From Candidatus Latescibacterota bacterium (GTDB lineage: Bacteria > Latescibacterota > UBA2968): a stretch of DNA of 64,000 nucleotides. The stretch covers positions 1,632,001-1,696,000 of the forward strand of contig OZ242195.1 in assembly GCA_965205975.1 (NCBI GenBank). The letters run 5' to 3'. A program made the position numbers and the translations under genes. Positions 18,762 to 29,123 of the stretch are shown here, piece by piece (position 1 is the first letter of the stretch; the number at the start of each line of letters is the position of its first letter). The notes under the pieces are model-generated. The model made no database searches and was not told where the DNA came from. It worked only from the letters and a program-made list of their open reading frames with translations.

Positions 18762-21569
18762 ATGCAACGCAAGTTTTTAATCCCAACAATATTTGTCATT
18801 GTCATTGGGTTTGGGTGGTTATCATCGTATTACACCGATTGGCTGTGGTTCTCGAGTCTCGATTTTCAGGCTGTCTTCTGGACCACCCTGAAAGCGCGTT
18901 TCCTGTCTGGCATATTTTTCGGTCTGATTGCCGCTGTGGTCATTGGAATCAATCTCCACTATGTCGGTCGATTCACCCGCTCCGCGCTCGAAGCAGACGC
19001 CTCACTTTATGAAGGTGAAATGCCCGGCGCAAGCCTGTTGCGCTCAAATACTGGCTATTTGTTAATCGCCGCCGTTCTCGTCCTCATTATGGGCAATGTC
19101 GGATCCTCACAATGGCCCACCCTGTTGCGTTACTGGTACGGTGGTTCATTTGGCACTTCCGATCCCATTTTTGGACGCGATGTTGGATTTTATGTCTTTG
19201 AATTGCCCTTTTACCAGTTTACAGTCGGTTTCCTCATCGGCACAGTAATCGTATCAGCCCTGGCATCAGGGGTTATTTACATGGCCACAGGCGGTATTCG
19301 CTTGCAGGAACGCATTCAGGTCATGCCGCGTCCCGTCGCACACCTGTCTGCCCTTGCCGGGCTATTCTTACTGTTTTCGGCTATCAATTATTACCTCAAA
19401 ATTTATGGCTTGCTCTATTCTCCAGGCGATGTCTTTTTCGGTGCTGGATTTGTCGATGTCAACGTTCAACGCTGGATATACTGGCTCCTCATCATTGCTT
19501 TTGTCGCAACTGGCATCATGCTCTTGCGAAACATCAAAGCACGTGAAGCACGCCCGCTTCTCATCGGTGTTGGCGTCTTTCTCATTGGAACCATCGGACT
19601 GGGCAGTATCCCGGGTGCAATTGTGCAAAAACTCATCGTAGATCCCACCGAACTTCAGCGCGAAAGCCCCTACATCAAGAATAACATCGAATTCACGCGA
19701 AAAGCTTACGCGCTCGACAGAATTGTGGAACAACCCTTTGAAGCATCCGAGAACCTCACCGCAGCAGACATCGCCGCCAATCCTTTGACCATTCGCAACA
19801 TCCGCATCTGGGATGAACGCCCAATGGTGCAAACCTATCAGCAGGTTCAAGAAATCCGTCCCTATTATGTTTTTCCCAGTGTTGACGTGGACCGCTACAC
19901 CGTTGACGGCGTGTATCGACAAGTCATGCTCTCGGGCCGTGAACTCGACACCAATCGCCTGCCTGCCCAGGCGCGCAACTGGGTCAATGAAACCCTGCAA
20001 TACACACACGGGTACGGCGTTGCCATGAGCCCGGTTACGCAAGTCACTCCCGAGGGCTTGCCAGAGTTTATGGTCAAAGATATCCCCCCGGTATCCGAAT
20101 GGGCAGAGCTACAGATTTCCCGTCCGGAAATCTACTATGGCGAACGCACCTACGGCAACGTAGTCGTCAAAACCAGCGCCGAAGAATTTGACTATCCCAA
20201 GCGCGATGGCAATGCATTTACCACTTATGAAGGCAATGGCGGAGTCCCCATGGGAAATTTCATCAACCGCCTGGCATTCACCATTCGCATGATGGATCCC
20301 AATTTGCTCTTGAGTAGCTACATCCTATCCGAAAGCAAAATCATGTACCACCGGCAGATCGCCCAACGCGCCCGCGAGATCGCGCCCTTCCTCTTCTTCG
20401 ACTCCGATCCCTATCTCGTTATCTCCGAAGGCCGTCTGTACTGGATCTTAGATGCGTACACAACCACCAACATGTATCCCTATTCCAAACGCATGGGTCG
20501 GTCGCAGATCAACTACATCCGCAATTCGGTCAAGGTCGTCATGGATGCCTATCACGGTTCTGTCACCTTTTACCAGGCTGAAGATGAACCCGTGATTGCC
20601 GCTTATGCCGCGATATTCCCCACCCTGTTCAAATCAATTGACACCATGCCTGCTGATTTGCGCGCCCATGTGCGGTATCCCGTTGACCTCTTCCGCATTC
20701 AAGCGACGATGTATCGCGAATATCACATGCAGGAAGTGCAGGTGTTTTACAACCAGGAAGACCTGTGGGAAATCCCAAATGAAATCTATGGCCAAAACGA
20801 CCGCACACAGCCGATGGAACCGTACTATATCATCGTCAAATTCCCCGGCGAACAACGCGAAGAATTTCTGCTGCTCGTGCCCTTCACACCCGCCCAAAAG
20901 GACAACATGATCGGCTGGCTTGCCGCGCGATGCGACGGGGAAAACTACGGCGACTTGCTGGTCTATACCTTGCCCAAAGAAAAACTCATCTTCGGTCCCA
21001 TGCAACTCGAAGCCCGCATTGACCAGCAACCAGATATATCGAGTCAACTCACCCTGTGGGGACAGGGCGGCTCCGAAGTCATTCGCGGCAACCTTCTCGC
21101 CGTGCCCATCGAATCATCTTTCCTATACGTTGAACCCATCTACCTCCAAGCCCGCCAGGAATCCGAGCAATTCCAACAACAGGGTTTTGAGGGCGAAGGC
21201 GGTGGACAGCCTCAGCAAGGACAACCACCGCGTCAACTCCAGCAAAGCACAGCCATCCCCGAACTCAAGCAGGTGATCGTTGCATTTGGTGGACAGGTCA
21301 TCATGCGCGATACATTTGAAGAGGCTCTCAACGAACTGTTTGGCTCTGGCGCGGGGAAAACCCTGGAATCCCCAGGTTCCGAAGAAACACCCGCGACCAC
21401 ATCAGAACAGCCCGCTGAACGCACCGCAGTAGCGTTGGCCTCAGAAGCTGATATGCAATTCCAGCGCGTGCGGGAATCGCTTCAAAAGTGGGATTGGACA
21501 ACCGCGGGCGAAGCGATGAAACAGTTGGAACAATCGATTCTCGAATTGAAAAAAACACTGGAGCAATAA
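18762..21569 (+). CDS. UPF0182 family membrane protein
   Basis: YTDWLWF, DPIFGRDVGFYVFELPF, NIRIWD, YTHGYG, NYIRNSVK, YVEPIYLQA. Confidence 0.95.
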   Translation: MQRKFLIPTIFVIVIGFGWLSSYYTDWLWFSSLDFQAVFWTTLKARFLSGIFFGLIAAVVIGINLHYVGRFTRSALEADASLYEGEMPGASLLRSNTGYLLIAAVLVLIMGNVGSSQWPTLLRYWYGGSFGTSDPIFGRDVGFYVFELPFYQFTVGFLIGTVIVSALASGVIYMATGGIRLQERIQVMPRPVAHLSALAGLFLLFSAINYYLKIYGLLYSPGDVFFGAGFVDVNVQRWIYWLLIIAFVATGIMLLRNIKAREARPLLIGVGVFLIGTIGLGSIPGAIVQKLIVDPTELQRESPYIKNNIEFTRKAYALDRIVEQPFEASENLTAADIAANPLTIRNIRIWDERPMVQTYQQVQEIRPYYVFPSVDVDRYTVDGVYRQVMLSGRELDTNRLPAQARNWVNETLQYTHGYGVAMSPVTQVTPEGLPEFMVKDIPPVSEWAELQISRPEIYYGERTYGNVVVKTSAEEFDYPKRDGNAFTTYEGNGGVPMGNFINRLAFTIRMMDPNLLLSSYILSESKIMYHRQIAQRAREIAPFLFFDSDPYLVISEGRLYWILDAYTTTNMYPYSKRMGRSQINYIRNSVKVVMDAYHGSVTFYQAEDEPVIAAYAAIFPTLFKSIDTMPADLRAHVRYPVDLFRIQATMYREYHMQEVQVFYNQEDLWEIPNEIYGQNDRTQPMEPYYIIVKFPGEQREEFLLLVPFTPAQKDNMIGWLAARCDGENYGDLLVYTLPKEKLIFGPMQLEARIDQQPDISSQLTLWGQGGSEVIRGNLLAVPIESSFLYVEPIYLQARQESEQFQQQGFEGEGGGQPQQGQPPRQLQQSTAIPELKQVIVAFGGQVIMRDTFEEALNELFGSGAGKTLESPGSEETPATTSEQPAERTAVALASEADMQFQRVRESLQKWDWTTAGEAMKQLEQSILELKKTLEQ

Positions 21570-21591
21570 TCGCTCCCCATTTTCTCAGTTC

Positions 21592-21633
21592 AAACATGGA
21601 TAGACGGGATTATTCTGTCTATCCATGTTTTTT
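21592..21633 (+). terminator. Rho-independent terminator
   Basis: AAACATGGATAGAC...GTCTATCCATGTTT plus T-tract. Confidence 0.8.
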
Positions 21634-21656
21634 ACAACTTCACAGAAAGGAAAAAA

Positions 21657-22634
21657 ATGGCTGTAAAAATCGGATTTATCGGAACTGGCGGCATTTCGCG
21701 CCCCCACCGGAAACATCTCAAAAATATGGATGACGTGGAAGTGGTGGCAATGTGCGATTTGGAAGAAGACCGCGTCGCAGAAGCCGCCGAAGAATGGAAT
21801 GCAGTTGTCTATACAGATTACAAAACAATGCTCGAAAACGAAGAAATGGACGCGCTATACGTATGCATTCCGCCCTTTGCACACGAAGACCAGGAAATCA
21901 TGGCCGCCGAAAAAGGCATTGCCCTCTTCGTAGAAAAACCCGTGTCTGTCACAATGGAAAAAGCCCGCGAAGTCGATGCGGCCATTCGAAAAAACAATGT
22001 GGTATCGTGTGTTGGATTTCAAGGGCGCTATTTAGATATTATCGCTCAGACAAAAGATCTGCTCAAAGATCGCCCCGTTGGCATGGCAATGGGATACTGG
22101 ATGGGCGGCATGCCGCAAGTGCCCTGGTGGCGGCGCAAAGAAATGTCGGGTGGGCAGGCCGTTGAGCAAACCATTCACGTCACCGATACGGCGCGGTATC
22201 TCTTTGGCGACGTAAAATCCGTCTATGCGGCAGGGCGCACGGGGTTAATGACCGACGTGCCCGACTACAACATCGAAGACAGCAGTGCAGCCACACTCGT
22301 CTTTGAAAATGGCCTGGCCGCCACCATCTTCTCCGCGTGTTTTCTATCAGGAGGACGGGGCAGAGGCGGCATTGACATCTTCACCAAAGACATGAACATC
22401 GAATATCGAGAGCGCAGATCCATTACCATCATTCAAGATGGCAATTCAGAACTGGTCGAAGTGCAAAACGATTACTGGCAAGAAATGGACAATGACTTTA
22501 TAGATGCCGTGCGAAAAGGCGACGACTCATCACTCAAAACCACCTATTCCGATGCCGTCAAAACACAAGAAGTCGTCATGGCCGTAAATCGTTCAATAGA
22601 AACGGGTGAAGTCGTTCAAATATCGGATATGTGA
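21657..22634 (+). CDS. Gfo/Idh/MocA family oxidoreductase
   Basis: IGFIGTGGI, VEKP, SGGQAVEQTIH. Confidence 0.93.
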   Translation: MAVKIGFIGTGGISRPHRKHLKNMDDVEVVAMCDLEEDRVAEAAEEWNAVVYTDYKTMLENEEMDALYVCIPPFAHEDQEIMAAEKGIALFVEKPVSVTMEKAREVDAAIRKNNVVSCVGFQGRYLDIIAQTKDLLKDRPVGMAMGYWMGGMPQVPWWRRKEMSGGQAVEQTIHVTDTARYLFGDVKSVYAAGRTGLMTDVPDYNIEDSSAATLVFENGLAATIFSACFLSGGRGRGGIDIFTKDMNIEYRERRSITIIQDGNSELVEVQNDYWQEMDNDFIDAVRKGDDSSLKTTYSDAVKTQEVVMAVNRSIETGEVVQISDM

Positions 22635-22638
22635 GGCA

Positions 22639-23778
22639 TCACTGTAAAAACCGCTCGAGGCGATATCGTCTCAAAAAATCTATCCGAGCGCCATCCAAAA
22701 TCTCAATCGCCGCGCATTCGCCAATTAAAGGCGCGAGCGTCACCCCGCTGTGGGTCACAGACAAATAGAGATTTGGAATCCGCTGAGAAAATCCGAGAAT
22801 CGGGTGACCGTCCTTTGGAATTGGCCGTCGCCCGCGTCGGACCTCGCGCACGGGCACGCCTTCAATTGCAGGTAAAAAACGCGCCACCGCATCGACCACT
22901 CGCTGCACTTCTCGATCATCCTGCCCAAGCGAACCGCCATCGTACACCCGACCGTGTGCCCCGCCGTGAAGCATCACCGAACCATTGGGCAACTGCCTGA
23001 CATTGGTCTGCGGGGGACAATCTCGCGGCGAATGCACCACCGATACATTTTCAAAAACAGGTGGCACAGGCTCTGTCAAAATCGTACATCCAAATGTGTA
23101 ATACATAGGCACATCAACATCTGCCATTGCCGCGAGATCTGCCGTATCTGCTCCCCCTGCAAGCACAACCGCATCACACGCAATCTCTCCCCCATCAGTC
23201 ACCACAGCCGCTATATCCGACCCCGAACGCGCCAGCCCTGTGACGCGCGTTTCAAAAAAAATATCCGCATCCCATTCCTTTAACCGTTCAACACATGCCC
23301 CAACAACAGCCCCCGTATCCGCGTGTCCTTCTATATCCGTATAAGAAGTTGCCGTCACAACGCCGGGTGTCAAACGCGGCTCTAATGATTCAACATCCTC
23401 CCCATTCAACAGACGGATGGGATATCCCCACGACTGCAAAATGCCCGCGCGATTCACAATTTCCCGCGCGCCATCATCCGTAGATGCCCACCGCAATTCA
23501 CCACCCCATGTCGCACTTTGCGGGATACCCAGTCGCTCGACAAACCGCGTCCACATATCCAGCGAGCGCCGGTTGAAAAGGTGATAATGTCTGGGATTTT
23601 TGTCGCGTGCGTTCATCCAGGCAAAAGATACAGCAGTTGCCGGTTGAATAGTTGATCCCTTCCCGGGTTCACCCGCATCGATCAACGTGACCTTTGCGCC
23701 GCGTCTCGCCAGATGAAATGCGATTGATACCCCCACGATACCCGCACCAATCACAGCGATATTTGAAAAATTGTTCAC
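22639..23778 (-). CDS. FAD-dependent oxidoreductase (DAO/glycine oxidase family)
   Basis: VIGAGIVG, RPIPKDGHPILG, THSGVTLAP; probable GTG start at 23778. Confidence 0.9.
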   Translation of the reverse strand: MNNFSNIAVIGAGIVGVSIAFHLARRGAKVTLIDAGEPGKGSTIQPATAVSFAWMNARDKNPRHYHLFNRRSLDMWTRFVERLGIPQSATWGGELRWASTDDGAREIVNRAGILQSWGYPIRLLNGEDVESLEPRLTPGVVTATSYTDIEGHADTGAVVGACVERLKEWDADIFFETRVTGLARSGSDIAAVVTDGGEIACDAVVLAGGADTADLAAMADVDVPMYYTFGCTILTEPVPPVFENVSVVHSPRDCPPQTNVRQLPNGSVMLHGGAHGRVYDGGSLGQDDREVQRVVDAVARFLPAIEGVPVREVRRGRRPIPKDGHPILGFSQRIPNLYLSVTHSGVTLAPLIGECAAIEILDGARIDFLRRYRLERFLQ

Positions 23779-23875
23779 TCGCCTCTCCCCTTTAACCATA
23801 CAGAAAACGGGTTCGCCTTTTGTGGTAAACCCGTGTTATTCAGCTATTTAATACTTATAAATGAACAAAACTCAA

Positions 23876-24223
23876 TTAAAGAAATTGAATATTGTTTTTC
23901 ATTTCTTCAGCAGATATTATCTGTATTAAATTTATTACGCGCCTTATTTGTTCTCCAATAGAGTAGCGTTGCCGATAAACCACGATAATGCCCGCATGGT
24001 TTTTCCCTTGAGCGATAAATTCTGTGTGAAGCTGACAAAAATGACCGACATTAAATGTATAGATTACTCGCCCTTGCTGTGTTGCATATTCAAGTTGAGC
24101 CTCATCACTTTGTCCCAACATTCCTTCTTCAAATACGGTCTTTAAATCCACATTCCGAGCGCGAAGCCCGCTGACAAATGCACGAGCCATCGCATCTTCA
24201 TCTATATACAACCTGATGGGCAT
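23876..24223 (-). CDS. DUF5615 family PIN-like protein (VapC45-like toxin)
   Basis: LYIDED, SDEAQLEYA, IYTFNVGHF, HAGII. Confidence 0.85.
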   Translation of the reverse strand: MPIRLYIDEDAMARAFVSGLRARNVDLKTVFEEGMLGQSDEAQLEYATQQGRVIYTFNVGHFCQLHTEFIAQGKNHAGIIVVYRQRYSIGEQIRRVINLIQIISAEEMKNNIQFL

Positions 24224-24514
24224 TTAAACCGGCCTTGATATTTGCTTGTGTGCTTGTTCAAGCTGGTCAGATTTTTTTTCCTCAGTCGCCAAAGACGCTT
24301 CTACTTCTTCTTTGTTTGCGTGGTAATACGCCAATGCCGTATAGACTTGCGATAGCGTCAAATGTGGATATTGATCTGCTATTTCTTCCGGGCTATACCC
24401 TTGTTTATACCACACGACGAGTTGATTTACTGTCATGCGCGTACCATCTATGCGTAAATGTCCACCACATATATCCGGGTCTTTAACCAGTAAAGTGCCA
24501 ATTTCTATACTCAT
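24224..24514 (-). CDS. DUF433 protein (antitoxin)
   Basis: DPDICGG.LRIDGTRMTV, SPEEIADQYPHLTLSQVYTALAYY. Confidence 0.92.
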   Translation of the reverse strand: MSIEIGTLLVKDPDICGGHLRIDGTRMTVNQLVVWYKQGYSPEEIADQYPHLTLSQVYTALAYYHANKEEVEASLATEEKKSDQLEQAHKQISRPV

Positions 24515-24681
24515 AGTGCTAACCTGTATTTTTTCTTGCCGACACGATTATGATAGTATGACGTAATAGACAACAGGAGGTTCCTGTGTTATTTGATATT
24601 AGTCCAAACAAAAGGAACCTCCCATGTGCATGATAGATCAAAATACATTTACATGTATTGAAATATCAAAAAATCAACCGG

Positions 24682-26229
24682 TTATTTATACACCGTCAAC
24701 TCCCCCGCCTTGTAACGCGCCCAGTATTCTTTGAGCACAGCCTTGATCTGTGGACTCAAGATAACGCCGCCAATAATATTCGGGAACGCCATGCCCAAAA
24801 TCATCATGTCTGAAAAATCGAGAACATTCTTTAACGCAGTGACCGATCCAATGAACACAAAGCAAACAAAAATAATGCGATACGCCAGAATAGATTTCAT
24901 ACCAAAAAGATATTCCCATGCACGCTCGCCGTAATAGGACCAGGAGATCATCGTCGAATACGCAAAAAGCATCACGGCAACCGCGAGCACATAACGCGCC
25001 CCGGGAATAAACGAATCAAATGCCGCAGCCGTCATTTTGGCACCAACTACCCAGTCTGACTGACCTTGAAACTCTGCAAGCTGATATGCACCAGTGATCA
25101 TACAAACCAATGCCGTCATCAAACATATAATAATGGTATCGATAAAAGGCCCGATCATCGCGACCATACCTTCACGCGCGGGTTCATCAGTTTTGGCTGC
25201 TGCGTGGGCAAATGCCGCAGAACCCAGACCAGCCTCATTGGAAAAAGCCGCCCGCTTAACCCCGTTAACCAATACCCCAATAAATCCACCATACATAGCC
25301 TCTGGGGTAAATGCCTGTGAAATAATAGTCGCAATAAGAGCGGGAACTTCTGTAATGTGGGATAAAATAACCAGAATAGCTGTAAGAACGTATAACCCGC
25401 ACATAAAAGGTACGATGCGCGATGTTACATTGCCAATGCGCTTGATGCCACCAATGATGACAATGGCTACAAATGACGCCATAATAATACCCATCAGCCA
25501 GTTATATGTTATAAAGCTCTCTGATACTGTGCTGAGAATTTCAAGGGTCTGGTTGGCTTGAAACATATTGCCGCCACCCAGAGAACCGCCAATCGTCAGA
25601 ATCGCAAAAATCACAGCGAATGTGCGCCCCAATGGCCTGAGGCCTTTTTCGCCAAGACCGTGTTCCAGATAATACATCGGGCCACCCGACACGCGACCAT
25701 CGGGATGGATTTTCCTGTGCATCACCGCCAGCGTACAGGACGCCAGCTTTGAAGCCATGCCAAAAAACGCCATGCCAATCATCCAGAAAACCGCACCAGG
25801 TCCCCCCAGACTTATCGCAATTGCAACCCCAGCGATATTTCCCAACCCCACTGTCGCAGACAGCGCACTGGTCAGTGCCTTAAAGTGCGAAATTTCACCC
25901 GGGTGATCGGGATGGTCATACCTCCCGCGAATCACGTCAACCGAATGTTTGAAACCGCGCAGCGTAATCCATCCAAAATAAAAAGAGTAATAGACGCCAC
26001 CACCAAACAAGACAACGACAATGAGAGGAATATTTGTACCGAAATCCTGAAATAAAACATTGCCCAAAAACCCGACAACCGTACCCAGGTGTTCATTCAA
26101 AGCCATTGTAAATGCTTTAATTCCTCCCGGCGATTCACCCGACGATGCTTCCTGTGCAAATGCATAACCGACTACAGACAGACCCAGAAGCCAGGCAAAC
26201 CAAAAAAACGTGCGATTCTTGAAAGACAT
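24682..26229 (-). CDS. Alanine/glycine:cation symporter (AGCS)
   Basis: ALSATVGLGNIAGVA, GGPGAVFWM, GGPMYY, FSNEAGLGS, IDTIIIC; ATG 26229 with AAGGAG RBS. Confidence 0.95.
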   Translation of the reverse strand: MSFKNRTFFWFAWLLGLSVVGYAFAQEASSGESPGGIKAFTMALNEHLGTVVGFLGNVLFQDFGTNIPLIVVVLFGGGVYYSFYFGWITLRGFKHSVDVIRGRYDHPDHPGEISHFKALTSALSATVGLGNIAGVAIAISLGGPGAVFWMIGMAFFGMASKLASCTLAVMHRKIHPDGRVSGGPMYYLEHGLGEKGLRPLGRTFAVIFAILTIGGSLGGGNMFQANQTLEILSTVSESFITYNWLMGIIMASFVAIVIIGGIKRIGNVTSRIVPFMCGLYVLTAILVILSHITEVPALIATIISQAFTPEAMYGGFIGVLVNGVKRAAFSNEAGLGSAAFAHAAAKTDEPAREGMVAMIGPFIDTIIICLMTALVCMITGAYQLAEFQGQSDWVVGAKMTAAAFDSFIPGARYVLAVAVMLFAYSTMISWSYYGERAWEYLFGMKSILAYRIIFVCFVFIGSVTALKNVLDFSDMMILGMAFPNIIGGVILSPQIKAVLKEYWARYKAGELTVYK

Positions 26230-26319
26230 GTAAACTCCTTTGTTTGGTAAGGCACCTGTAAATGGACTTTCTCGCTTGCACAAACATTAAATAAACAATG
26301 CAACCTTAACCCTCTTAGC

Positions 26320-26721
26320 CTATATGCAGAATGTGTAAGTGCCGTTGAAGTTCATCGTGAAGACGCCCCGACACAGCACATCGCGCCCCAACAACATTTG
26401 ATAGGGAGACTGTATAGCCTGAGCAAATTCCAGCATTTGCAGACTGGGCAACACTATCGGTGGATTAAATGGCAGCAACAAATCCACGATATATTGATTA
26501 ACTGGCTCTGCGCCGGTAGCCGACACCATAGGTTGCTTGCCCACAGGCTGTACACCTATCGCTGTGGCCGCCGAGGCTGCTATACACGTACAGGATGCAC
26601 CGGTATCCATCAAGGCGGCGAACCATCTAACCTGCCCTTGGACAGCCGTACCGGGGAGGGCTATCCCCACATTTGCCATCGGCCCCAACTCGGTTTTATA
26701 TTCCCCGGTGAAACACGGCAT
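26320..26721 (-). CDS. Retropepsin-like (clan AA) aspartic protease
   Basis: ALMDTGASCTCI and LLGRDVL motifs; probable ATG at 26721. Confidence 0.85.
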   Translation of the reverse strand: MPCFTGEYKTELGPMANVGIALPGTAVQGQVRWFAALMDTGASCTCIAASAATAIGVQPVGKQPMVSATGAEPVNQYIVDLLLPFNPPIVLPSLQMLEFAQAIQSPYQMLLGRDVLCRGVFTMNFNGTYTFCI

Positions 26722-26956
26722 GCGAATAAAACCCCAATTCAATTGGTCCCTGTACAACTTCCTGAACAGAGAAGTAAGAATCCTGCTTATACAACGCCTG
26801 TCCAGCTACATAAGCATCGCGGGCAGTGTCGAAGAACGCTACAATTTCACCATCGCGCATCAAGGCAAATTTGCCTCCGTGGCTCTGCATCAACTCGGGC
26901 AACCGCTTCACAAAAGCATTGTAATTGCGATCCACCTGGTCTTGTTGTTTGGACAT
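26696..26956 (-). CDS. Small DUF5678-like protein
   Basis: NYNAF..LPEL...GKFALMRDGEIV.FFDT..DAY..G; AGGAGG RBS; overlaps the protease start. Confidence 0.65.
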   Translation of the reverse strand: MSKQQDQVDRNYNAFVKRLPELMQSHGGKFALMRDGEIVAFFDTARDAYVAGQALYKQDSYFSVQEVVQGPIELGFYSHAVFHRGI

Positions 26957-27103
26957 AATAGCCTCCTTCTTTTTTCAATAATACAAACAAATTGAAGGGA
27001 TGTATAGCACTTTTATACCCTCCGTGACTTTATCCTTGCACTTTCCCCTCGCGTTGAGCAGATTAAATATCTGGATAGAACAACCATACAGTATGGAATA
27101 CAC

Positions 27104-28876
27104 ATGTCAAATTCACTACTCCATCGCTACCTGCCTTTTCTCAACTGGATTGGAGAACTCAAAGATCGGCACATCCTGCGCGCCGATATTATTGCGGGCA
27201 TCACCCTCTCGCTGGTATTGATCCCACAGGCCATGGCCAATGCCCAACTGGCTGAGATGCCCCCCTACTACGGCTTCTATGCGTCATTTGTCCCCATCAT
27301 CGTCAGTGCCCTCTTCGGATCCTCTCGCCAACTCTCCACAGGACCCGTCGCGCTCGTCGCCTTGATGGTCGCTTCTGAATTGGGACAACTCGCAGTTGAT
27401 GAACAGGCGTATATCGCCTATGCCATTCTGCTGGCTCTCATGGTTGGCCTCTTGCAATTCGGACTGGGTGTATTGCGCCTGGGCGTATTGGTGAACTTTC
27501 TCTCCCATCCGGTGGTACTCGGCTTTACCAATGCCGCAGCCATCATCATCGGCACATCGCAAATCGACAAATTATTCGGCGTCACCGTAGAACGCGGCGG
27601 CGCACATTACGAACGCATGATACGCATGTGGGACGTGATCTCTGCTGGCTTTCACACCCCCACCCTGATCATGGGCCTCTCTGCCATCGCATTATTATTT
27701 ATTTTGCGCCGCATCAACCCGCAAATTCCGGGTGTGCTAATTGTCGCCATCACAACAACAAGCGTTTCGTGGCTCATCGGATTTGAACAAAATTACGGCG
27801 GACAGGTCGTGGGCAACATCCCCGAGGGCATCCCCGCATTTGCACTGCCAATAATTGATTGGGGTATCGTACCACACATTATCAGCGCCACCATAACCAT
27901 CGCACTCATTGGATATCTGGAAACCATTTCAATTGCCAAAGCCATTGCCACGCAGACCCGTCAACGCATTGACGCCAATCAGGAATTGCTCGCACAGGGC
28001 TTGAGCAATATCGCCGGTAGTTTTTTTCAGAGCTTTCCCGTCTCCGGCTCTTTTGTCCGTTCAACCGTTACATTGCGCGCTGGCGGACAAACCGGCTTTG
28101 CATCCGTCATTGCGGGGCTGGTGGTCATCCTGCTACTCCTTTTCTTTACCCAACTCTTATACCACATGCCCCTATCCACCCTGGCGGCAATTGTCATCGT
28201 CTCTGTCACCGCGCTGATTAACGTCAAACCCATTGTAAGCGCGTGGAAAGTACACAAACACGATGGCATTGTCGCCATATCGTCATTTGCGCTCACCCTC
28301 ATCTTCGCGCCACACCTGGACCAGGGCATATTAATCGGCGCATCCTTATCAATCGCCCTCTATCTCTATCGCACGATGAAACCGCGCGTGGCCTTCCTCG
28401 CCCGCCACCCCGATGGCGCGTTTCGAGACGCAGTAGAACACGATCTGGAATTGTGCGATGCAATTGCCACCATCCGATTTGATGGCTCATTGTATTTTGG
28501 CAGCGCAGGAGCTTTTGAAGACACGGTATTGGAACGGATTCGCGATCCCAAATTGCGCTATGTGATTGTCGATGCAGAAGGGGTGAATGAGATTGATGCG
28601 ACTGGAAAAGAAATGCTGGTCGGCGTGGTGCAGCGGCTACATGAGGCTGGCATTGAGGTACTATTTACACGGACCAAAAAACAGATCATGGACGCACTCA
28701 ATCGCGCAGGCGTACTCGAAGAAATTGGTCCTGACCGATTTCACGCTACTCTTGACCGCGCAGTGGCTCATGTTTGGGAGGCCCTGGAAGATCAGTATCC
28801 CTGTACCAGATCGTGTCCCGCCGAGTGTCCACTCCACCGCCCCAGACCAAATGGGGACGTATTTTATCGCGTGTAG
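27104..28876 (+). CDS. SulP family anion transporter with STAS domain
   Basis: DIIAGIT, GSSRQLSTGP, DANQEL.AQG, RFDGSLYFG, EIDATG. Confidence 0.95.
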   Translation: MSNSLLHRYLPFLNWIGELKDRHILRADIIAGITLSLVLIPQAMANAQLAEMPPYYGFYASFVPIIVSALFGSSRQLSTGPVALVALMVASELGQLAVDEQAYIAYAILLALMVGLLQFGLGVLRLGVLVNFLSHPVVLGFTNAAAIIIGTSQIDKLFGVTVERGGAHYERMIRMWDVISAGFHTPTLIMGLSAIALLFILRRINPQIPGVLIVAITTTSVSWLIGFEQNYGGQVVGNIPEGIPAFALPIIDWGIVPHIISATITIALIGYLETISIAKAIATQTRQRIDANQELLAQGLSNIAGSFFQSFPVSGSFVRSTVTLRAGGQTGFASVIAGLVVILLLLFFTQLLYHMPLSTLAAIVIVSVTALINVKPIVSAWKVHKHDGIVAISSFALTLIFAPHLDQGILIGASLSIALYLYRTMKPRVAFLARHPDGAFRDAVEHDLELCDAIATIRFDGSLYFGSAGAFEDTVLERIRDPKLRYVIVDAEGVNEIDATGKEMLVGVVQRLHEAGIEVLFTRTKKQIMDALNRAGVLEEIGPDRFHATLDRAVAHVWEALEDQYPCTRSCPAECPLHRPRPNGDVFYRV

Positions 28877-29012
28877 AAAATCCGATCCTTTTGAGTGTAC
28901 AAACCATAAAAATTTTAACACTTTATTATAGTTTCATGGGAACAAAAATAATCTGTCGCTTATCTAAAATATTGTAATTGTAAATGAGACTAACTGCTGT
29001 TCGCTGGTCAAT

Positions 29013-29123
29013 AAATAATAATTATCATAAATTGTATTGATTTTTTAAAAAAATTTGATAACTTACGGCAGTATGGCTTTTGTACCGTAACAGATTGTCT
29101 CCCTTCAATTTCAGACAATCTGA
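29013..29123 (+). promoter_or_regulatory. Candidate operators upstream of the TonB-dependent receptor (Fur-like box plus inverted repeat)
   Basis: AAATAAT-A-ATTATCA at 29013-29027 resembles the 7-1-7 Fur box; CAGATTGTCT-N12-AGACAATCTG at 29091-29122. Confidence 0.4.

Noticed and set aside
21150..21250. Gln/Gly-rich insert in UPF0182 (and the small VPSP..VPQV duplication in ComEA)
   Set aside because: Low-complexity linkers with no evidence of a separate function.
26230..26319. Glycine riboswitch upstream of the AGCS symporter
   Set aside because: The spacer is only about 90 nt and lacks the GGAGA/CCGAAG/CTCTCAGG core.
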